DNA from: Epiperipatus broadwayi
Lineage: Eukaryota > Animalia > Onychophora
Direction of reading: 5' to 3'
Length of the DNA stretch: 64,000 nucleotides
Assembly: GCA_028023455.1 (NCBI GenBank)
Contig: JAQFVV010000002.1
Coordinates: forward strand, 33,108,001-33,172,000
A program made the translations under genes and the position numbers. A model generated the notes under the pieces. It was not told the origin of the DNA. It searched no databases and saw nothing but the letters and a program-made list of their open reading frames with translations. Below, in pieces: positions 23,460-35,729 of this stretch; within the stretch, counting starts at the first letter, position 1, and every line of letters starts with the position of its first letter.

Positions 23460-25480
23460 CTGACACAGAGGGCGCCACCAGACCATTACGTGTCTGGAAA
23501 ATTTGTTTACTGTGATCAGAATAGATGATGATGATGGTTTGCGCCGACTAGACCCAGGGAGAAACAAGAGATCTTAAATTGTTTAGACAATTGAGACAAA
23601 AGCACAAAGACAAACGTCAGCCAAATTAAGTTTAAACATATTTCATAAATTTTATTATGAGAAAAATAAATTATTAAATATAAGTTTATGATACGATAGG
23701 TGGGGGTTAACTCAGGCGTGTACCAGACATAATAAAGGCAAAGCTATGACAGACTGACTGATCTTCTAATAAACAAATTTAAAAGGGAGGAAGCAAATTT
23801 CATTCAGCAGAGGATTCACCTAAACATTGGTTTTCACCTTCAGATATTTAAACCATATGCCCCTGAAATAGATCAAAGAACCCAGTGCCGATGAGCTTTC
23901 CGAGATCTAAGCATGGTCAGATCTCGGATGTCCTTATATCGGTATGAACTGCACCAATTACTATGTTTAAAATAACGGTGATTGATCCACCCCAAGAACA
24001 ATCGAAAAATATCATTGAAATGAAGAAACAATTAAACTGGTGAATCCCAGCCAAACGATTGGCGAAAATTACTTTAAAATTAATAATTAATGGTCTCAAT
24101 AAGAGACAAGTAAATGATTAGAAAAACAATTGGTCTGCCCCAGCAATTAAAGAAAAGAAAATGAATTACAAACAAATTCTGAGTACACGCTCTGATAAAT
24201 TTAAAGCATACGTAATAAATACAAAAATAAATCTATCGGAGAGTGCACATGAGTACGAGAATATTAAAAGTTGTAAACACTTTAGCAGAACGGAAGTATC
24301 GCTCACCTGTAATTTAAGAAAGGACAAATTTTATCTTCCTGCTGACAACTTATAAAATTACAAAGAAAAACACAATTCTAATTTCCACGTTTAGAGATCT
24401 TAGAACGAAATCTCCACCTGCGAAAATCAGACAATAAAGCCGTCAGCCAAAAGATTTTTTTGGAGGTTTAGCAAGAGGGCAAACATAGAGTATAAAATTA
24501 ATTAATTATTAAATACTAAATAATTACAGGTAAGCATTTTAAAAGCATGACTGTCAAAGCATTTATAAAAATCTTACATAAAATAGAAAACTCACTCGTC
24601 ACTCAACAAAACGGAAAGCAAATTAGAATCTTAAAACTAAGATTCTAAGACACACTATAAAATATTGAAAAACACAGCAAATATTAAATATGAGGCTCTA
24701 TTGATTTAAGAATACATATTTGTGGTTAGATTGAGTGGAGATTTAATGAGAACTAGTTTACCCTGGGAAGAATAAAAACGAAAATAATTACCTTTCGGTA
24801 AAAGCAATGTTCACGGAGAGTGCACACTTTTAATTAAGTTCATTTTCAGGTTCTTTAGGCAGCAAAGTAGATGTAGAGAGGTTCCGGCTTCTTTTAGGTG
24901 TTCAAAGCATTACTGGAGCAAACTTGGAAGTCAGGGATCCGTCTTTTGTGGAGTAAGCAAGCCATTCGGGTGGTGATAACGAGTATAGAATTTGTCATTT
25001 TTGCCAGCGAAAGTCTCTAATAACAGCTGATGTCCTTTAATTAAGAAATTTAAATGTCCGTGCTGCTATAACTTTCACGTGAAACAACCACTTGTCTATC
25101 TCTCAAAAATGGATTAATTGACACTCCAAATTTTCGGGGCTATTTATACGATGCTCCATTTCCTGTGAAACACTTTCCTTGTTGTTCAATTTCTTTGCCT
25201 TAGGCAGAACCAATATTAATCTCCCGCTCAATCTATCTAGGAATTCTACCCAGGGTTTATTGAAATGAAAACAACAACACAAAAATCAAATCTCCGCTAT
25301 CAAAATTGTTTACAATAATTAAAATAAGAGCAACAGGAATGCAATTAGCTAGCCAGCTTGTTTTTAAATCAAATGGATTTAAAAACAAGCGGTATATGAA
25401 AACTATTTTAAAACAAATCGATAAATATTTTTAAAAAATCCATTTTACATATAAACACGTGTATACTTGGATACACGCAT
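23460..25480. mobile_element. Unclassified CpG-retaining ~2-kb element with decayed minus-strand ORF-like segments
   Basis: Abrupt CpG enrichment; stop-interrupted protein-like frames at 23700-24100 and 24830-25240; internal hairpins; ends unresolved. Confidence 0.45.
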
Positions 25481-25591
25481 TCTGTTTAAATAATAATGAA
25501 CTTTAAACCTTACGTTTAATGAAACTTAAAAGCTTAGTAAATTTCTTTTTTTTGATAACGCAATTGAATCGGATTTCAATCAGGTTCAATA

Positions 25592-25760
25592 TATATGTGA
25601 GAGATGATAATCTGGACCAACTGATGAGTGCCGATCTCATGAAATATGTATATTGGAGATCATTTATCTTTTTCACATGTATGTTGTCATGTATATTGGT
25701 TATATAAGATGGAGTGGATAGCTATAGGGAGCTTGAAAATCTGTGTTCAAATCCCTTCTA
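25592..25760 (+). mobile_element. Family B HHR repeat (B2)
   Basis: Follows (TA)n; HHR then tail ending GGGAGCTTGAAAATCTGTGTTCAAATCCC. Confidence 0.85.
25607..25660 (+). ncRNA. Type I hammerhead ribozyme with intact core and short stem II (B2)
   Basis: ATCT GGA CCAA CTGATGA GTG CCGATCT CAT GAAA TATGTA TA|TTGG AGAT; AUA site after 25652. Confidence 0.75.
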
Positions 25761-26514
25761 ATTACATTTATATTATTTAATAAATTATTCAAATTAATAC
25801 CCTTTTCCAAGCAATTTTATTATTTCCAAACAAATTAATATTTTTCTTTAGTATTATAAGAGGATAATTTAAAAAAGAAATAAAATCATATTTTTCTTTA
25901 TCCTTTACATTTTAATTACTATTAAATAAAATACTTTTAACAAATTTATCAGAATAGCCAACACTCACATAATCTTTATAAAATTGACCTTTTTGAAACA
26001 AAGCTGCTCCACTAGAATTATTTAATCTCTGATTTCTATAGCAACAGTTTCTGAAAGCAGCTTCTTATAGCTATCAGGTTTAATTATAGAACTTAAATCC
26101 TTACTCTTAAAATAGTGACTACATAACAATTATTCTTTACATTTGTTATTACCAATAAATCTAAAAATTTTAATTTAACAACCCCCCCCTCTTCCACATT
26201 TTTTATAGAAGGATCAAAACAACTAACTCATTTATCAACTCCTTCAATTTATCATTCTCAACTACAAACAAACAATCATCCACATATCTAACAAATAACT
26301 TTTAAATATATACAATCCTTCTTAATAATAATTTTCTTTACCAAATAATTAATATAAACTGAACAATAGGTTATATTATTTCTCCTTTAATTTGTTCAGT
26401 TTATATTATTTAGAATAGGAAATTATTACTAAGAGGGATTGTATATATTTAAAGTTATTTGTTAGATATGTTGATGATTGCTTGTAGTTGAAAATGATAA
26501 ATTGAAAGAGTTGA

Positions 26515-26724
26515 ACCTACCCTGACACCTCTCTGAGAAGTGCCAAAGCACGAAACCATGGTCAGGGGTTTGGGGAGGGGTTCCTGACAGAGATATTTTA
26601 AGTGCTGGCTCTGGCTAAGCATTTATCACAAAGCTTGTAGAGGAACCGGCAATCCTCATTGTTTTATAACTTACAATCTTAAGACATAGGGTCATGTGAT
26701 CTGACTCTTATTTTGACTATTTAT
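26515..26724 (+). mobile_element. 210-bp retrozyme-like insertion with 6-bp TSD
   Basis: AGTTGA duplicated at 26509-26514 and 26725-26730; the left PLE arm shows the empty site; contains an HHR. Confidence 0.8.
26527..26569 (+). ncRNA. Type I hammerhead ribozyme, near-canonical
   Basis: ACCTCT CTGAGAA GTGC CAAA GCAC GAAA CCATGG TC|AGGGGT; palindromic stem III ACCATGGT, GUC site after 26563; G8->A. Confidence 0.85.
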
Positions 26725-29694
26725 AGTTGATAAATAAGTTTAATTCTTTTTATCCTTGTATAAAATGTATTGTAGGAGGTGTATTTAGATTTTGTTAAAT
26801 TAAAATTTTTAGATTTACTGGTGATAAGAAATATAAAGAATAATTGTTTGGTATATAGTCACTATGTTAAGAGTAAGGATTTAAGATCTATCATTAAACC
26901 TAGTGGCTAAAAATCCGTATTTCATTAAATTGGCTGTTTTAAGGAAATATTGCTACCATGTTTCCCTGAAAATAAAATCTGGTCTTATATTAATTTTTGC
27001 TCCAAAAGTCACCATCGGTCTTATTTTCAGTAGAGATCATATTTTTATGTACTAGTGCATGTAAATTAAAATGGAAGAGCATCAAAAATTCTTACCTCAT
27101 CCTGTATTATGTAATGATGATGATGATGATTGTATATCAAGTCACTATGGAAGGGATTAACCTAAATTTAAATTACAAAAAAATTTTCTAGCTTAAGAAA
27201 CCTTTCCCCCTGTTCTATGTTGCTTCTTATGGAATAAACTCTTTCAACTGCAAACATCCTGAACCTTCCAAGTGTAAGACTACTAAAAATAGAATTTTAC
27301 AAATACGTAAATCAAAAAAAAAAAGAATAACACATAATAATTTTGATTTTGTTCAAATCTTCCTGATTAAAATGTCTTTTATAGATATAATCTGCTCTGA
27401 TAAATCCTCCATCATTCCTCAGATTCTCCGGTAATGCACTTGGATGGGGTTGTTTCTATTTCAAACATCACTCTCTTACAGGATTCACTCAGACATTTCA
27501 GATAAGGCATTAGGCATTTTTCTAGGCATTATTTATATGAGTGAATTAAATCATGCTTTATGGCAATTAAGGCAGCACCCTGGCACTATGGCACAAGTAT
27601 CTAGCCAGTATACATTGTTTAGTAATTTATAAAATAGAATTAAATTTTTGTCAGCTTATTATTTGGCATTTAGTAAATTTATGCAAAAGAAAGTTTTACT
27701 TCATCGTTTATCAATATGTGCTGGTGATATAACATTCTTTTTTCTTGTTCAATTGACAGTGCAATCTTCTGTCTTTGATTATCAATAGAAAATTATTTTA
27801 GTTTTGTTACGCTGCTAAAAATCATTAACTTTTGCTGTTTTAAATGTTTATTATGATTTGCTTCAACTTTTAGTGCTTTAAAATTTTATACAAAAGAGAT
27901 ATTTATTTCCGAACACAATCCATTTTATTCTTTGTTCTAATGTTCGATCTTAAACTATTTACTGCTTGCGGTTGTCATATCACTTGATAAAATATGAAAA
28001 AGAAAGGAAATGAACTGGGTTTATTTTTATACTGGACCTCGTTTGTGTTGTCTAATATACTCGCATTTCTAATTTCCTTTTCCATCACTGTGTGAGCTTA
28101 CTGTTGCACGAATTAATGGTTATTGAAATTACTTAATAAAATTATATAATAAAGTTATGTCGTAAAATTCTACTCTCATTTTCCACCATGTTGTTGCTTA
28201 GGTACTGACTTGATCTAAGGTCATCACCATATCTACTAAGTTACTGTCTTACATTGTGACCTTTACACATTAACAAACAAGTCATTATTGGTATAGATAT
28301 GGTACCCTTTCCCACCATGTATTGTGTCTGCCTGATGGCACTGTTGCTTGCAAAAGCACAGAAATATGCCATTTATGTGGCCCAACTTACAGCCTCTAGA
28401 AGTTGTTCATATTAGCCATTATTAGGCATACATGCTGTGCTTTGTGTCACTATGAAAATAGCATGCCTTTCATATATCATTACCTGCATCCTATTATATA
28501 CTAATAATTGTAAGTCTGTCACCCATTTCCCTTAACATCTTTGAAAGTGAAATTAATTGCAAAGGTGTACATCATTGAAGTATTTCACGTCACATGAAAA
28601 GACAAGTTTGTGCAAGAACAGCTACACGAGTAGCTATATGAGTAATACAATGGCTGCCAGTATCCATTATTTTGTAAAATATAATATAGGTCTGCTCAGA
28701 CTAGAGCATGGCAAACCCATCAGAGGCCCTACACACACATTCCAGCACTATGCACTGGCAGCTATGTTTTCTCAGACTAGAGCATGTATTGGCCGGTCTT
28801 TGGACCAGCAAAAACATTGGATCCCCCCCCCCTATATTCCAGTGCTACACACTGACAGCTTATCTTTTCTAATTTTCAGTCAAAAAATAAGACACATTTT
28901 CAAAGTCTTTGTTTGATATATTTTTTAAATGAAAATTTCAGTGAAATACCATCAGAAATGTTGTAAACATAATTTCCCATCATAAATTTTTTAAAAATAA
29001 TTTGAGAAATTGGCAGAAAGCAGGAAACAAAAAATTATCAACCCAGTAATGTTACATTTCATTATTTTTGCAAGCAACAGCGCCATCAGACGGCCACATT
29101 AACACAGTCGGAAAGAGAACCATAGCCACATATATGAAAGGTTTCTATGATTAACTTCCATAAAAAAGGAGATTTACTTCATTTCAACACTATTTTGGTT
29201 TGGTGCTTATTAAACTTCAAGTGTGTATATATTTATATGTCTGTTTGCATAAAGAAAAAAAATATCACATATCTAACCTATTATCTCAGCTTATGTTTTT
29301 CATGGGTTTAGTTTAATACTGTGGACATATAAGGGTGGGTTTGAACTGGATTTGTAAGCTACCCTTACAAAGCATAGGACATGATCACGATATATTAGAA
29401 ATATTTTTAAATAAATATATATATATTCAATAACTACTAAAAATGTATCATTAGGCAAGCTAATTTTAAAAACAAGATATCTAAATTAAATATAAAAAAA
29501 TAATACATGATCAGTAATTGCTATCTGTTTGTTCTAAAGTGAAATATCATGTGACTATCATATGACCCCAACTTATCTATTTTCTTTCAGCAACATATTA
29601 TTTTTCTTTCAGCACAGCCATACCATCTACTGTAATTTTTAGTAAGATAATAAATACCAGGTGATAGTAAAAGGGGTAAATGGTGTCTGATAGG

Positions 29695-29800
29695 AGGTTG
29701 CATTAGACCCCAAAAGTCCATCCAGCTGCACTATTCTGAAGATCCAAACTACTTATTAATGAAAGCCATAAGCTTGAAACTAGTCTGGTGATATTGGCTA
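29695..29800 (+). mobile_element. Family D HHR repeat (D1)
   Basis: TTAATGA AAGC CATAA GCTT GAAA CTAG TC TGGTGAT; upstream flank homologous to 49150-49260 (minus). Confidence 0.7.
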
Positions 29801-30074
29801 GAATAACACAGAATAAGGGTTATTAAGCACTATCATCTGGCATCTATTAGTTAATAAAGTTTACAATAGGTGGCATGGCTGTCACGAAAAAAAAAAAAGA
29901 ATATGCTGATGAAAGTAAGATAATGCCAAGAATAATTATCAGCTTGAAGGATATAAAAATAAAGGTAATTTTTGGTATTACATCAGAATTATATGCTTAC
30001 ATGAAGATATTGTGATATTCAAAGATCAAATCATCAAAATGATGCAAAGAATATAATTATGTACCTATATATAT

Positions 30075-30634
30075 TGCTTAACAGACTGTCAGAGGTAATT
30101 GTTCTAACTGTTCATGCCCAAAAATGTAATGGACTGTGGTCTGGCACAATTTCCAGATGGATACTCAATGTATCAAAATGAAACAGTAAGCAATGGAATA
30201 TTGTTGATGGAGAATACGGGAAAATGTCTACATTATACTTGACCAATATTTAAGCTTGACTACAAAAGTTGAGGTAAATTTTAAAACTTGGTCAAAATAC
30301 AATTTAAAATGGTATACCCAGAGCCCTCCCAACTTACAAGTCCTATTATGTCTTGGAGTTCAAACTCAGTGAAGAAATTTGCCTTTAACTTTTTTCAAAG
30401 ATGGATTTAAATAGGATGGCAATAACATAACCTCTATATAAGTCCCTAATGGCTTTTTACTAATGAATATATCAAAAATGTGTGAACATGTACATAGATA
30501 TTCTAGTGAGTGAAGTATGAATGATGCTCGATAATCTAGAGACCAGAGAAACAAAGATTTAAACTTCAACAACAAATATTTATTAATAAAATCTGGGTTA
30601 AATTTATAACCTTTATAACTTAATAAAATATAAA
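30075..30634 (-). repeat. LTR copy (probable 3' LTR of the Gypsy element at 30075-36619)
   Basis: Roughly 90% identical direct repeat of 36075-36619; begins TG after (TA)n. Confidence 0.8.
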
Positions 30635-33600
30635 CATGAATATAAGAAAATGTGGATCTGTCTTTACTGTAATACAACTTAATATTGCTGTTGATTGGCG
30701 GTTACAACAAAATGGTCCCATACCCCAAGCTGAACAACAGAAGTTAAATCTTAAACATATCAATGAAAATGAAAATTATACAATTACAATGCATAATGTA
30801 GAATAAAGGAACTATTATTTTGATGATCAACCTATATTATTAGATGTTCAATGTTTAATTTGATGATGTCATCTGAATATATATTACAATTATGACTATG
30901 GATTGTTAATTTCTTTTATAGAGTTCATTCATACGATTGTTAATCATACAATTAGGATAATTTACTCATATATAATTACTTGTTAGTAAGTAAAATAAAA
31001 TATTTAATTTTATATATTAAATGCCTAATTAAATGTAGATGTTTAAAAATCTTACTTTTGTCTTTAAAGCCAATGTCCAGACGTCAAATCTAATACGCCC
31101 ATTTATACTAAGATTTTATTTACAAACATATAAAAAATATATATGTATACCTTGAGTTGTGTATTTATATTTTTCTCCTCATATCAAAATTTAAACAAAA
31201 TGGGTTCTTTACATTTTAAGATTTAGAGAGAAAAAGTTTTCTGAAAATGAGTAAAAGGGTGAGAAAAATCGTAACTCAACTCTCAGTATACATCAAAAAA
31301 TACAAATATAAAATATTTAAGAGCATCAAAATTAAACGAAATCTTGGATTTCTTTAAAAATAAAAGGTTAAAATTTGTAAGATGGCTTCAGTGTTTTTAG
31401 CAGATGGTGTATTTCTTTTATTCGAGCATGTTGAATGGTTTCAAACTCCAACCACTTAAAAGAATTCCCACGATAAAAACGAACTCATAAAGCTCCTGAT
31501 TATGTACCAATTTCCTTTCTGAATCCATGATAAGTTTCTCTAAATCATTCCATGCTTATTTAGACCCTAGGCATACCAATGGTTAGACTTTATTACCATC
31601 TGATGACACGAAGAAGGCACAAAGATCCTGCGACAATTAATTTAGCAAGATTGCATCATTATATTATATATCTCCAAATAAATAGTTAAATGTAGGTTTT
31701 TTCAAAGTTCGCATTATAATATAAATAGAAACGCTATTTGTATGCAGTTTATATACATATATAAGATGTGTTATAATATATTTTACTTCAAAAGAAATAC
31801 AAATTAGTATTTTAAAATTCTATTTCATTATTAGTTTCCTTTTTTTTTAAAAGCATTTTATAATTATACGACTTTTGCAGTTGAAAAGCAAATATAAATC
31901 TCTCAAAATTTATTCAAACGAAAGTTCATAACTTAAATAAAGAATGTCTCTTTTCTTTTTAAAATATCCTGCACTTTACCAAATCAATAATAGATAAATG
32001 CAATTCAAGATATTAAAGTTTTTTTTTTTTTAAAAATAGAATCATGAGAATTAATATAATAATAATAAAAATATTCTTATTCTAAAGCTTTACTTGAAAC
32101 TTTATTCCTTTCTTTTTTTAACAACTCTCAACAAAACTAAACTGTTGCTTAGCTTTTTTTTTTTATGTTCAAAATCAACAAATGTTTACTCTTTTCTTTT
32201 ACACTTTTAAACAAAAGAAACTTGGTTAATAATAATTTGATGTCAGATTCTTATTTCTGTCATGTCATGATTGAAACTCAAATCTTCATGTACAAATGTG
32301 TGTGTAGATATTTTATTCCACATTTAATAAAAAAAATTAGTTCATTCCTTTATGAATGTATGGTTATTTATGTATATATGTGCCTCAAGATATCCTAATA
32401 ATTATTTAATGTTTAAAATGCTGGCTGCCTATCTAATCTTTATAATCTTGGCTTGTCATTCCAAAACATGTTATTTATTATTTTTTATAAGGACTGAGCA
32501 TCATCTTACATTTCCCCCATCCTTAGAGGATTAAAATTTAGCCTATTGTCAAATTTTAGCACATGAACAAAGGGTTGGATGGTTATCACGTTGGATCATT
32601 TTATTATTTCTTTTTAAATAGTTCTAATGCTTATAAAAAAATAAATCGATATTAATGAGTCTCATTTTTGTTGGCCTCCTGTCCTTATCTTTCTTCTTGG
32701 AATTGAACTGCTGTTATCATTAACATTGTTCCTACTATAACAGAATTACTGACTATATGATGGTTGAATAACCTGAATTTGACTGATTACATATCTGTTC
32801 CAGAAGGCACATATTTGGGGTTGTCAGCCTATATCCTGCTCCTTGAAGTCTTATTGAATTTCTATAAGGACTGAATGAAATATGGGATGCCCACCACATT
32901 GTATGGGTCAACTCCCACATCTCAGCTGGTTCTAAGATACCCCTAGTGAATGTTTCCACATTAACTTGAGTGTATCCTCATATCTACTTACTCTAGCCAT
33001 TTACTCACATACAATGCTACCTTTCTCTTATTATAATATACTTGCATATACACATTTATTATAAACTCCACTTTCATTTACATTAGTCATATTCATTCAT
33101 TTATGGACAACTGAGCTTCCGCATTTGGTGGTTCTTCTTGATAACCAATGTACGGCTTCAATATCTGTGCATTATAACTTTGTTTTAGTTCTCCCTCAAT
33201 GTTTAACCAAAATGTATTTGGGCCAGCTTGTTTTTCAAGTGTATGGTCCAGCATATTGTTGACAAAATTTATAATAAACATTATCCATCGGTTTACTTGG
33301 GTGATGTTTTCACAAAAACCTTGTCTCTAATCTTAAAGTGATGTCTACTTTTTCTTATTCCTAATATTAGCTTTATCAGTTAACTGTTGGCGAGTCATTT
33401 GAATTTTTTTTGTTATATTGATGACATTTAATTGGAGGCTGGTATTTTAAAAGTAACGAAGGAATATGTTGGTCAAAATGTAGTTGTATGGGTGCAAATC
33501 CAGTGGATTCATTTGCACCCCAATTAATATAATTCTCTACATGTTCTGTCTGCTTCCGCCACCCCCTATTACCTATATGGTTTAATGACCAAAAATAAAA

Positions 33601-34197
33601 TTTAATGTAATGTCCTTTTTATATACATATATAATCACATAACATTATGTATAGGGTTCAATTATTAAGAGTCTATTTTTATGTTCCAGCGTCACAATCA
33701 TGAAGTCCATCCCTTAATTTGTGCCTTTCTCTTTTTAAAAACTTTCATTCACATATTTAATGAATGTGAAGGGGCCTTCATAAGTGTTGCAAAGCTTATG
33801 GAACTTGGGACCTTTGTTTCTTTGCAGGGAATATGGTTGTCTCCAGTATCATCTGGCAACTTTCTATGATTTGGTCATCTTTTCAATTATGAAGACTTCA
33901 TATGCCATAATACACATTTAAGATGAACAAGTCTATCTTCAAAATGGTCCCTCCCAAGTTGGCTTTACTAATGGGAGTTTTTTGTGGAAAGCCTTTGAGC
34001 AAATAGTAACCTTCCTTGGATTCTGCTACGATGCTCATGGACCTTATATTTAGAGTAAACTTTAAGTTCTGAACATAAGATGCTCACACTAATTTGCATT
34101 CCTCGGTCGTATACTTTACTCGTTCCCGTACTCATGGGCAGTTAGAATACAGGAACCAGTGTCACTCCAACATGTATTTGGGATCACTCCTCCCAAC

Positions 34198-35200
34198 TTA
34201 AAATTGGTGGAATGATTTTCTATTCAGGTACTTAATGAGTCCAACTAACAGAAGACTCAATTCAAAAGGTTCCGCAGTAAAAGAATGCTTAATATTTCGA
34301 TTGGAGTCAAAAATGAAACCAGGTACGTCCTTCATATTATTATCACTACTCATACTATCCATACTACTATTAATATCATCAGTTTTAGCTTCTATACTAT
34401 CTATATTCTCCTTTATATATTCCATCTTTGTTTCCAAATTATCTATCAGTTTTGGTTGCCATGGTAGCCTTCATATCCTCTATCTTAGTGGTCCTGGGTT
34501 TGGTGAAACTGCTTAATTTTATTATCAATTCGGGTAGTAATGCTTTCCATAAATCCAGTGAATCACTCTTGACACTGCATGTTCCCTATGTTTACCTCTA
34601 TTTCTCATCTCTTCTACATCTTGCTTCAATTCCATATTACTGTTATGCATTTTATCCATCTCCGAAGATAACCGCTCCATGTCTGTGGACAATTTCATTT
34701 CAATGCCACTAATTCTCTTCTCAACTTTCTCATCCAATTTTTCAATATCTTTCTTCAGATCTCTTAAACCATGTTTTCTTTCAATTCAGTTTCTATTCTG
34801 TCCATATCAGCCTTGGTTACCATGTTATCCATCCGACCACTCATGTTGCTCAAATCAGCCTTGATTGCATCTATCTGACCACTCATGTTGCTTACATCAG
34901 TCTTGATTGCACCTATCTGATCACATCATTTTGAGCATTTGCATCATAGCTGCCCCATCTGCTGTAATGTGAGTTGTCAGCTTGAGGTGGTTTTCTGATT
35001 TCATTAATAGGGGTCTCCTGGTTTTGAGAAACTGGCTCTATTCTTGCATTGACAAAGAATGTTCAGTTCCCACCATTGAACCCGCTGGGTACATGTATGT
35101 CTAGTGACCCTTCTTGTCCCACATCAGGATCACCCTCACCTTCATTGCTACTAACATCCTGTGGCTTTACATTTGATTCTTTATCCATACTCGCTAAATT
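34198..35200 (-). pseudogene. Gag-like coiled-coil ORF, broken
   Basis: GQIDAIKADLSNMSGRMD (42-bp repeats), DLKKDIEKLDEKVEKRISGIEM, METKMEYIKENIDSIEAK; frameshifts and stops. Confidence 0.6.
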
Positions 35201-35729
35201 TTTCCCCCTTCTAAGTAACATGCAAAATATTTCCCCCTTCTAAGTAACATGCAAAATATTTTTCTTTGGAATATTTATTCTATAAACACAGTTCTTTTCT
35301 ATACAATACTTATAACATGTCATAGGATTTCCTACCAACTTGTGATATCTCATGTGAATATTTTGGTTACCTTAAGTATTTTATACCTCATTGTTATCAA
35401 TGCCGGTTTTACATATTTTGCCCTTTATCTGCCTCACTTGCCTACTCTTATTAGATTCTTGATCATCTATTTAGTTTTGGTTTCTATTTATCAATTCATA
35501 CTTTCACTCGAAGTTATTTGGAGTTATTATTGATTGACTTAAGTTAATTATACCATTAAGTTGCCATATTGTTTAATCCATAGGGTTATATAACATATAG
35601 TCTGTTAAATGACTAACTAAAATATGATGTACCAAGTTATACTGAAATTATGGACAATTTCTCATAAATTCAATTTGTTTCACACTAAAAATATATGGTA
35701 AAACCTGATATTTAATTCTCTAAAGCTCA

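Larger units (their letters stand above)
25800..26960. mobile_element. Penelope-like RT fragments in inverted (foldback) arrangement
   Basis: Arms ~26035-26366 and 26391-~26945 are complementary; LFVRYVDDCL and KLKFLDLLVIR motifs. Confidence 0.85.

Noticed and set aside
23463-23478. CTCF-like motif (also ~38546-38559)
   Set aside because: A short motif match alone is not evidence of binding
27483-27546. Possible HHR on minus (9-bp stem I, GAAATGTC)
   Set aside because: No recognisable CTGANGA core or stem II
34235-34864. Plus-strand ORFs of 60-94 aa
   Set aside because: Antisense shadows of the gag-like coiled-coil relic
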